From a virus (lineage: Duplodnaviria; Caudoviricetes), in the IMG/VR virus record IMGVR_UViG_3300018073_000014, positions 1 through 35,900 of that record: DNA of 35,900 nucleotides. One strand, 5' to 3'. Shown one piece after another: positions 30,001-35,900 of this stretch. Each line of letters opens with the position of its first letter. Position 1 is the stretch's first letter. The position numbers were made by a program, and so were the translations under genes. Under the pieces are notes generated by a model. That model had not been told where the DNA came from and did no database searches. It was given only the letters and a program-made list of their open reading frames with translations.

Positions 30001-32978
30001 TTCGCCGCCAGGTAGTCGAGCACTTCCTGCTGCGTGTAGCGTTTGCCGTCTTCGAGATCCGCGACGCGCGTCAGCGCGAACTCGTCGGCGTTGATGCCGG
30101 CCTTTGCGTTTTTGACCGTCGCTTTCCACTGCTGGCCGGTCGCCGCTTTGTTCTTCGACTCCTCGACCGCGCGCCGGATGCGGCTGTAGAACATCTCGGC
30201 CGCTGTCGGCGCGGTTTGGAAAAACGTCGACGGCTGTTCCGCCGCGAGCCGGTTCACAAAGTTCTGCGCGTCTCGCGAGATCGTGCCGGCGGGTGCGGTC
30301 GCGCCGATGCTGATCAGCCGCTTGCCGATCGCCTGCATCGCGCGGCCGGTCAGCAGCCCCTTGCTCTTGTCGGCCGCCAGGTCTTGCACGAGTGCGTTGC
30401 CGGCGCTGTCGTGCACAACCTTCGCGACGGCGATCGGCGTGCCGTCCTTGCCGCGATACACGATCCGCTGCGCGTTCAGGTCAGCCGTCGATGTGCCGGC
30501 TACCGCTTCGACGGAGAGCCCTGGCGTGCCGGGGCCGGCGGCGCTGAGCACCTTGCCGACGTAGTCGCTGCTCTCCGGGTGTCCACTGCCGCCGAACGCC
30601 GCGAGCCGTTCCTCGAACGACCCTGGCGCCGGCGCGGGGGCCTGTTCCCCGCGCGACTTGAGCGCCGCTTCACGGAGCTGTGCTCCGGTCAGACGTTCGC
30701 CGGTATCGGCGGGCGTCTCAGGGATCGCGATGCCGAGATCCTGCAGGCCTTTCGCGCTCTTCGTGCTGCGATCGAAGGGGCCGCCGACGACGTTGTAGAG
30801 CGGGCCGTCAGGGCCGAAGCCGAGGAAGACGGCGCTCGGCTGCTTCACGCCGCGCGCTTTCTGTGCCTGCGCGTCGAGGCGCATCTCGTAGGCCTTCAGC
30901 GCCTGGCCGCGGAATTCCTTCGGCGTGCCCTCGACCGCGATGCGTTTGCGTTCGTCGAGTGTCAGGTCGGGCTGCCCGAGCTCGGTCGTCTCGCCGGCGA
31001 CAGCCGGCGGCGCCTCGGGCCGCGTGATGCCCATGCGGTCGAGGAGCTCCTGCGCGGCCGCGTGCGGATCGGCGCCTTCACGCTGCGCCAGGTGCTCGAC
31101 GACCGACTCGACGAGCCGCGCCTGCTTCTCGGCCTGCGCCGGCGTGAACTGCCCGCCCTCGGTCAGCCGCTGCACGAGCTGCTCGCGTTGCAGGTTGCGC
31201 TCGTCGCCGGCGGGCGGTTCGGCGTGCTTGATGTCGTCGAGCGCGGCCTTCGCCTCGCGCGTGTTCAGGCTGTCGATGCCGAAGCGGATCTCGTCTTTGA
31301 AAAAGGTGTTGTGCTCGGTGTTCGCGATCTGCGTCAGGTAGCGCGCGGTCGGGATCGCCAGGTCGCGGCCTTCCGCCTGCGCCTGCGCATACGCCGCCGG
31401 CGAGCCCGTCACCTCGGCCGCCTTCGCGACCGGGTCGACGCCCTTGCCTTGCCAGTAGGTATCCCAGGATTCGAGCGGCGCGTGCACCTCTTCCGCGCTG
31501 TCGGTCGTGACGTGCCGGATGAAATCCTCGTAGGTGCCGGGCGAGCTCGTCGCGAGGCCGGTCTGCTTCACCTGCTCGCCGAGGTGTTCCAAGGTCGGGC
31601 CGGTCGTCAGCCCGCCCATCACGCGCGCCAGGCCGTGCAGCGCGCCCGTTTGCGCGCCGGTCGCGAGGATGGTCGCGAGCGCCGTGTCGACGAACGCCTG
31701 CGGCCGGTCTTTGATGTAGTCGCTGAACGGCCGATCCGGGTGCAGTGTCGCCCACTCGTCGAGATCCTGCAGGGCGGTCGCGATCTCCTCGCCGGCGACT
31801 TCCGGCAGCATCTGCTTGATCGTGCTGGCGAGGATGCCCTTGCGGGCCCCGATGTTGCCGAGCAGGGTGTGCAGCGGCAGGGCCTCCGTCCAGGCCTCTA
31901 CGGCGCCCTGCGCGCCGCCGAACGCCATCGACTCGACGACACCCTTGCCGGCCGCCCGCGCCTGGCTGTAGGCCGGCAGGCCGGTCTGTGCGCCCATCAG
32001 GCCGAGGCTCAGACGCTCGACCGCCGGGCCGCCGCCCAGGAGCACCGAGCTCGCGATGATCGGGCCCGACTGCCCGATCGACTCGGCGGCGCCGTAGATG
32101 TTGCGCTCGATCATGCCCGGATCTTGCGGCGCCGGGCCGCGGATGCCGACGCCGCGGGACTCGGCCTGTGCGTTCGCCTGCTGCCCTTTCTCGCGCAGCC
32201 AGTAGCCGACCGGGCTGCCGGGGTTCACCTTGATCAGCAGGTCGCCAACGAGCTCCAGGCCCGACCAGGCGCCCAGGTCGGCGCCCTTGTAGAGCGCCGC
32301 CGCCGCGGTGCGTGCCGAGTGCGTGACGATCTGCAGCGCGCGCTCGGTCGACGTCAGCGGCGCGAGATCATCCTGCGCCGCCGGCGCGTTGAGCGGCCGC
32401 TTCTCCAGCCAGGACGCGAGCGCCGGCGACTCGCGGCGAAACTTCACCGGGTCGAAATCCTGGCGAGCCGCCTGCTTCTCGATCTCGTCGAGGTTGCGCT
32501 CAATGACTTCCGCCGGCAGCCCGGTCTTGAGCTGCAGGTTCAGGATGCGCGCGGCCTGCGCCGGCGGCGTCGACGGCGCACGGCCGATCGTTTCCTTCAG
32601 CCGATCCTGCGCGAGCGGATCGCTTGAGAGGCCGAACGCCGGCGAGCTCGGCGCCGTGGTGCCGACCGGCGGCGGATCGTATTTGCCGGCGGCGTAGTCG
32701 GTGTGCAGTTGCTCGGCGTATTGGTTCGAGCTCAGGACGTCCGAGAAGATGCCGAGGTGCTTGCCGGTGCGGCGGAACTCGTTGATCGCCTGCTGCGCGC
32801 GTTCTTCCTCGGTGCCGACAAAGTGCCGGCCGTCCGGGGTGACGGTCGGCAGCAGATACTGCTTGTCGTCGAGGCCGACGCCGATCGAGTCGACGGTCGA
32901 CGTCGAGCCGTCAGGGTTCTTCACGCGCGGCTGCGCACGCAGATCGACGTTCCCTGGTGTGAGCTGTTCGTCGGCCAT
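24048..32978 (-). CDS. Giant internal virion (ejection) protein, epsilon15 gp13-like large polyvalent protein
   Basis: 2976 aa, third gene of the ejectosome trio. Contains an LPD22-like segment (PAQAARILNL..TGLP...SPALASWL), a zincin motif STFLHETGH with downstream HEKLAEGF, a GNAT-like insert and an acidic tract. Confidence 0.85.
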   Translation of the reverse strand: MADEQLTPGNVDLRAQPRVKNPDGSTSTVDSIGVGLDDKQYLLPTVTPDGRHFVGTEEERAQQAINEFRRTGKHLGIFSDVLSSNQYAEQLHTDYAAGKYDPPPVGTTAPSSPAFGLSSDPLAQDRLKETIGRAPSTPPAQAARILNLQLKTGLPAEVIERNLDEIEKQAARQDFDPVKFRRESPALASWLEKRPLNAPAAQDDLAPLTSTERALQIVTHSARTAAAALYKGADLGAWSGLELVGDLLIKVNPGSPVGYWLREKGQQANAQAESRGVGIRGPAPQDPGMIERNIYGAAESIGQSGPIIASSVLLGGGPAVERLSLGLMGAQTGLPAYSQARAAGKGVVESMAFGGAQGAVEAWTEALPLHTLLGNIGARKGILASTIKQMLPEVAGEEIATALQDLDEWATLHPDRPFSDYIKDRPQAFVDTALATILATGAQTGALHGLARVMGGLTTGPTLEHLGEQVKQTGLATSSPGTYEDFIRHVTTDSAEEVHAPLESWDTYWQGKGVDPVAKAAEVTGSPAAYAQAQAEGRDLAIPTARYLTQIANTEHNTFFKDEIRFGIDSLNTREAKAALDDIKHAEPPAGDERNLQREQLVQRLTEGGQFTPAQAEKQARLVESVVEHLAQREGADPHAAAQELLDRMGITRPEAPPAVAGETTELGQPDLTLDERKRIAVEGTPKEFRGQALKAYEMRLDAQAQKARGVKQPSAVFLGFGPDGPLYNVVGGPFDRSTKSAKGLQDLGIAIPETPADTGERLTGAQLREAALKSRGEQAPAPAPGSFEERLAAFGGSGHPESSDYVGKVLSAAGPGTPGLSVEAVAGTSTADLNAQRIVYRGKDGTPIAVAKVVHDSAGNALVQDLAADKSKGLLTGRAMQAIGKRLISIGATAPAGTISRDAQNFVNRLAAEQPSTFFQTAPTAAEMFYSRIRRAVEESKNKAATGQQWKATVKNAKAGINADEFALTRVADLEDGKRYTQQEVLDYLAANEIKLEDVTLGEEGADEQSEEDYQEQLDELTDEIENEMIEEEIKDTLDNMENDITPVEVRPEPLLDEHDEETGEIVYVLYDENGDRIGEEDDYHETAGEAQRVADRMDEERIQSEREESYDWARDRAIENVDRDDAREQAQRRLERQGIRRPDDEVRTRYGQYVEPGGEKGSYREVFLTLPMDRVGGRFTFTPSHLEIKRRLISTTKGEVTLTYRTNDNQTHHLGTFEDKPVLGYAVRLLDAHGEPLRTAGEEPHDTGREIPADWYDRGNRGEATPNPVTALERANRKATELQQGIDSQGLEDRTVEVRSEYRMLGDDHWQEVGEAVLRKTLADPRKLAPEGWVDGHDEYEGIENPIVRLRLNTRHDRASGLPILFLEEVQTPHADEFAKMPELLRKNWRTLAFKWALRYAVDHDLAAVAWTTGDQQAKRYNLAAVVTSIAWSQNRSSESSFDKGARRFVSVETTRGDNIKLYVDPNGKIIEGAPSHRTEDLVGRNLSEAIGEDVSTRILSELEGTITGNELGKIGGEGLRRLYDVDFINVVNGLPAVKRNGGRVSEVHVDVPNEKGTREWVGPDLNASQVRNIMHDKFGEFAEGEAYDNRVRRQQLDNISRGMERGQTLAIALENYGGMSAATDLGGELRLKGPEASRQPAVVITDKMRESILGGQPLFQEGQTPERRGFIQFGPGDRINIGLLPSADLSTFLHETGHLFFKLLDESATRLAALDPATLTESQAGIIRDRDAALKWAGVEKGGAITTAAHEKLAEGFIDYLHEGRAPSLELQSFFQTFRAWLTAVYQSLKRLNVQLTPEVRGVFDRLLASDAAIAEAERTRGYVQMFATAEDMGVTSAEFALYEKATARERATAVGNLDARLMQEVERERTAIWTAQRMAIRDQVKSELQAMPVYRALAAMQYGTQANGEAIPGLKEDGPLRLSKDQLIASYGAERVRELGRIRPYVYQVEGGLGPEYVAELTGFSSGDEMLRAVTQAPAMRVAIENETNARMLRENGSIQLDGSLQAVAQAETANLVHDEVLRLELKALNNLRKTVSPFVQLQKAISEGAAAEEIDRLTAQVRKLKESTRGGAATIRAGLPSEQAVRGLARDRIGALPIRRINAQAFWSTARRASLASTEKAARQDFDGAILAKQQEILNLAMYREAQKTQEDVATRIDFVKRLDSQASRKRIGLAGASYQDQIDGILDRFEFAKVSQRALDRRAALSKWAAGVEAQGYTVDLPEGVLDEARRKNYQDMSVDEFMGVTDGLYHIEHLASLKNQLLTAKDQREFSAERDQVSSNILAVNPQRPTKLEDKPSDKKWRKFGDYVASHRKIALIAQALDNYVDGGPFWSAFMQPINAAADAKEARARVEGTAYAAIVETHYPGRALWDLHTPRFVPALNDSVSKNLAIAVAMNWGNEHGRERVLNDPTRKFDDAQVVAILDLLDRNDWNFVQAHWDYLDHFWPEIAAKMQRTTGVEPEKVAPLPVYTKYGAFRGGYHPLVYDSTRSATAQGFAQAEAGKALTAGAYVRTTTRRGFTKTRQEHTGLPLKLDMGVAFAHIDQVVHDLTHHEMLIDVNRLLRDPKVSKAIYATAGDQIYEQLKNSLEDIAKGNLSPPGKPTPMDQGATWLRQRTQIASMAFNMWTAIQQPIGVFNGMDRVGVTWVAKGAKRWLRDAVAMESTTQWIAEKSPMMAGRVTTATQDLHDLRAAYQETGGWFDRLVRTVSSDHLTQAALTDSFLWHISVAQRVADVPTWLGQYEKSLAAGESEDRAIAIADQAVLDSQGGGQIKDLAKVQRGGPIARAFMTFASYGVTVFNAAYRNVDIARRSGLKDPATILKLLGHMGLLYAMPALFTIALKHASGRGGADDDPLNWFQQVAGEMASSALSGLVYMREAAGAAQIALGLDTTARGYSGPAVFRPVQVAYDVATQVKQGEADKGLWHAVNQGAGYLFAYPATQVQKTVDGAIALYEGRTANPAALIFGPPPKE

Positions 32979-34868
32979 CTACTGCCCGCGGATGGCGGCC
33001 GCGATCTCCTCGTCTCTCGCGCCGAGCAAGCGCAGCGCCTCCGCGTGCTGGAACCGATCGCTGTAGCGCTGCTGCAGATCCGCGTCGCTCATGCGCTGCT
33101 GCGCCGCCCCGAGGCTGCGCACGTAGTTCAGATACTGCGTCAGCTTGTTCGGGTGAATGTCCTTGATCGGCACGTAAGCCTTCGCCCGATCGTCCGGGTT
33201 CGTCACCAGCGCGGCGATCTTCTGCGGGTCGGTGCGCCAATAGCTTAGGTAAACCTTCTTATCGACGATCTCGTGCATCACGGTTTCCTTCTCCGTGCGC
33301 GTCAGCTCTTTGCCCTTCGCCTGCTGCTCCTGGTCGATGCGGGCCTCGACGGCGGCGCGGAGCTGCCCGAGTTCGGCGTTCTCCGCTTCGGTCTTGCCCT
33401 TCGTCTCGTAGGGGTGCAGGCCGGCGCCGCTCGCGATCGTCTTGAAGAGATCGTCGTCGATGGTCGCGGCGCGCACTTTGTCGTCGCCCTTCTGGAGCGC
33501 CCGCTTGTTCGCGAGCAGCCGGTTAACGTGCTCGTCGCCGAGCTCGCCGCGCATCGCCTGCAGCGCGTTCTCGCTCGTCGCGTTGAGCGTCTTCGGGTCG
33601 GAGAGTTCCCAATACCGCGACCAGCCCTTTTGCTCTTTCTCGTGCTCGACGCGCTGCTGCGAGGTGTAGCGGCGGCCCTCTTCGGCATACGCGCGATTGG
33701 CCTGATGCTCGGCGCGGTTGAGGATGTAGTCGTTGACCTGCAACTGCACGCGCCCAGGCGCGGCGAGATACGCCGGATCGCGCGACACTTCCGTGAGGCC
33801 CGCGCCGGCGGCGACCTTCGACCAGAGCCCGCCGAGCTGCGCCTCTTCGCGATCCTTGCGGCCGGCATCGGTCGCGGCCTTGCGCTCGCGCAGGAAGTGC
33901 ATCGTCGCATCGAGCGCGTCGGGATCGTTGGCGAACTGTTTCCGTGCGGCGTCCTCCATTTTGTCGATGTTGATCGGATCGTTCTCACCCTTCGGCCCGA
34001 GCGAATCCCATATTTTCGTCGAGGCATCGAGGCCCTGCTGCTTCGTGCCGGCGACGTCGAGCTGCTTCTCTAGGGTCGCGCGCGTGTCGCCGACCGTGAT
34101 CTCGTCTTTCGCGTGGTCGAAGTAAGCCTGCGCCTTTTTCACCTGCTGCTGTGAGAGCAGCGCCATGATGACGCCGGCGTGCGTCGAGGTGCGCGTCGTC
34201 TCGATCAGCGCCTGCTGCTTCTCCGGCCCGAGCCCGAGCTCGGGCGCGTGCAGGTTGATCGCGTCTTCCGCGGTGTGCAGGTTGACGGCAACGATGCGCG
34301 GGTCGTTCGCGTTCGCGACGGCGTTCGCGCGTTGGTTGGTGACGAACGAGTTGAGCTCGTCGGCGCGATACTGCTGCATCTCGCTGTCGGCGTGCCGGTC
34401 GAGCGTGACCTGAATCGAGAGCCGCTGCTGCTGCCGCTGCTTCGCGAAGGCGATGCGCTGTGTGTCGTTGCTGAGGCCTTGCGCGATCTCGCCGGCTTTT
34501 TTGTCGAACTCGTCGAGCACCTTCTGCGTGATGCCGAGCGTCGCCGGGCCCTTCGTCAAGAGCGCGCCGGTCTTCGGATCGTAGAGCGTCGTTGCGCTCC
34601 ACTGGTCGAGATCGTTCGACGTCTGCAGCGCCTTGAGCGTGTTCGCCTTCTGCGTTTCCCAGGCGAGTGTGTCGGCCTTCTCGATGCCGAGCTCCTGGCC
34701 GAGCGCCGTCACGCGCTGGCCGAGGCGCGTCGCCTGGTCGAACTTCTCCGCGCGCGCCTGTTCGACGCCGGCGCCTTCCGAGAGTGCCGTCTCGGCGGCC
34801 GTCATCCGCACGCCCGGCAACGCCTGCGTGCCGACCTTGCGCATCCGATACAGATCGACAGTGGCCAT
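32979..34868 (-). CDS. Internal virion (ejection) protein, epsilon15 gp12/T7 gp15 position
   Basis: 629-aa helical protein between the small and giant ejection genes; LYDPKTGALLTKG..TLG. Confidence 0.75.
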   Translation of the reverse strand: MATVDLYRMRKVGTQALPGVRMTAAETALSEGAGVEQARAEKFDQATRLGQRVTALGQELGIEKADTLAWETQKANTLKALQTSNDLDQWSATTLYDPKTGALLTKGPATLGITQKVLDEFDKKAGEIAQGLSNDTQRIAFAKQRQQQRLSIQVTLDRHADSEMQQYRADELNSFVTNQRANAVANANDPRIVAVNLHTAEDAINLHAPELGLGPEKQQALIETTRTSTHAGVIMALLSQQQVKKAQAYFDHAKDEITVGDTRATLEKQLDVAGTKQQGLDASTKIWDSLGPKGENDPINIDKMEDAARKQFANDPDALDATMHFLRERKAATDAGRKDREEAQLGGLWSKVAAGAGLTEVSRDPAYLAAPGRVQLQVNDYILNRAEHQANRAYAEEGRRYTSQQRVEHEKEQKGWSRYWELSDPKTLNATSENALQAMRGELGDEHVNRLLANKRALQKGDDKVRAATIDDDLFKTIASGAGLHPYETKGKTEAENAELGQLRAAVEARIDQEQQAKGKELTRTEKETVMHEIVDKKVYLSYWRTDPQKIAALVTNPDDRAKAYVPIKDIHPNKLTQYLNYVRSLGAAQQRMSDADLQQRYSDRFQHAEALRLLGARDEEIAAAIRGQ

Positions 34869-35437
34869 CAGCTCCTCGATGCGCGCTCGAAGCCGTAGCG
34901 CGTCTGCAGCATGGACGTCGCGCCGCTCACCAGCGTGCCGACCGCGGCCAGGTTGCGCGCCGACTTCGCCTGCTGGCCGGCCGCCTCCAGATACACGCCT
35001 TCCTTCCGCGCGATCTCGGCCCGCTTCCGCAGGTCGGTCGCCTGCATCTTGAAGCCCCAGGCCTCACGCGCGGCGTTGTTGCGGATGCTGAGCGCATCGA
35101 GCTCGCCGAGGTAAGCGGCATCCGCCTGCACGTCGACGGCCGAGCCAAAGCCGACCTTGACGTTCTGGCTCGCGATGCCGGCGCGCTGCGTCCCGATCGA
35201 ACCGCGCACCTGGCTGCGGTAGCGGCTCTCGTCTTCGGCGCCGCGCTCGACGGCATCCTGCGCCTGCAGGTCGGCGATCTTCGCGTTGAAGTCTTGCAGG
35301 TCGGCGCCGCTCTCGGCGGCTTTGCGCTGCGCCTGCGCCGAGGAGAGCTCGGCGTCGCCGGCTTTCTTTTGGCTGAAGTATGAAATCGCAGTGCCGACGC
35401 CCTGAATGATCAGCGGTGCGGCGAGCGCCCATCCCAT
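34868..35437 (-). CDS. Small internal virion protein, epsilon15 gp11/T7 gp14-like
   Basis: Hydrophobic N-terminus; QAQDAVERG...GTQRAGIA....GSAVDVQAD...DALSIRNNAAREAWG. Confidence 0.8.
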   Translation of the reverse strand: MGWALAAPLIIQGVGTAISYFSQKKAGDAELSSAQAQRKAAESGADLQDFNAKIADLQAQDAVERGAEDESRYRSQVRGSIGTQRAGIASQNVKVGFGSAVDVQADAAYLGELDALSIRNNAAREAWGFKMQATDLRKRAEIARKEGVYLEAAGQQAKSARNLAAVGTLVSGATSMLQTRYGFERASRS

Positions 35438-35442
35438 CGGGG

Positions 35443-35793
35443 TTACTCCTTATAGAGCGCGGCCGCGACGTCGGCCGACGACTTTTTCTTCGTCGGCGCG
35501 TCTTCGAGACACATCTCGGTGATCTGCAGCGTCAGGTTTTGATTCTCGCCGCCGACGACTGACTGCCGCGCGCTCGTCTCGCAGACTTCGCACGTCGCGA
35601 TCAGCATCACGGTGTCGCCGACCGGGTAGTCGCTGACGTCGAGCCCGAGCTTCTCCAGTGACTCGTTATCGAGCCGCACGGTGAGGCCGTAGGGATACGC
35701 ATCGCCATCGACCGGCGACGCGGTCGCATATTTCTCCTGCTGCGCCTTGCGGTCGGCCTTCGTGACTTTCATGCTGACGAGTTTTGCGGCCAT
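35443..35793 (-). CDS. Capsid staple/cementing protein, epsilon15 gp10-like
   Basis: YPYGLTVRLDNESLEKLGL...VGDTV...LQITEM matches my recollection of epsilon15 gp10 (YPWGLRITLDNESL..LGL...LQITD). Confidence 0.85.
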   Translation of the reverse strand: MAAKLVSMKVTKADRKAQQEKYATASPVDGDAYPYGLTVRLDNESLEKLGLDVSDYPVGDTVMLIATCEVCETSARQSVVGGENQNLTLQITEMCLEDAPTKKKSSADVAAALYKE

Positions 35794-35900
35794 CAGAACA
35801 TCCTCGTCTGCACCGCCGTGATCGTGTAGGTCGGCCCGACCGGCGATCCTGATGGCGCGGACACCTTCTCGCGCACGCGCAACAACTGGCCGAAAGGGCC
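35793..35900 (-). CDS. 3' end of an upstream structural gene (partial)
   Basis: Open frame GPFGQLLRVREKV...TITAVQTRMF ends in a TGATG overlap with the staple gene. Confidence 0.55.
   Translation of the reverse strand, partial: GPFGQLLRVREKVSAPSGSPVGPTYTITAVQTRMF

Noticed and set aside
75-35383. Long plus-strand ORFs (e.g. 29721-32627, 13731-15188, 6269-7393, 3536-4603)
   Set aside because: They are antisense shadows of well-supported minus-strand genes in GC-rich DNA, with no recognisable motifs or RBS.
1-35900. Host assignment (e.g. Acidobacteriota/Vicinamibacteria suggested by composition)
   Set aside because: High GC and CG-rich composition alone is not diagnostic. It needs homology, CRISPR-spacer or Hi-C evidence.

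Overview
This is a GC-rich, CG-dense segment of a tailed phage of the epsilon15/BPP-1-like podovirus type. Every credible gene lies on the minus strand, and many are coupled by ATGA/GTGA/TGATG overlaps. Read in transcription order (35900 to 1), the modules are: (1) an epsilon15 gp10-like capsid staple and three ejection proteins, including a 2976-aa polyvalent protein; (2) a collagen-like tail fibre and tail proteins; (3) a putative lysis cassette of a clan GH-A glycoside hydrolase plus a BhlA-like holin; (4) an early region with an RHH-like regulator, an Mgm101/Rad52-type annealase, a PD-(D/E)XK exonuclease, an HNH nuclease, a RuvC-like resolvase, an LmbU-domain/MT-A70 methyltransferase with a coupled nuclease, a PAP2 phosphatase and a DUF932-like protein; (5) TerS, TerL, a GNAT and a partial portal. 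I recognised no integrase, DNA polymerase, primase, helicase, Rep or ParA/ParB gene. The most striking signals are non-coding. There is an intergenic oriC-like element (DnaA-trio-like repeats, a DnaA box, an IHF-like site and two opposed 11-bp-phased DnaA-box arrays, about 12321-12505) and a perfect chromosomal-type parS (19650-19665). A five-copy operator palindrome sits on four promoters, centred on their TTGACA -35 boxes. Together these suggest a phage that replicates and segregates as a mimic of the host chromosome. All family assignments come from motif recognition by eye, not from database searches.
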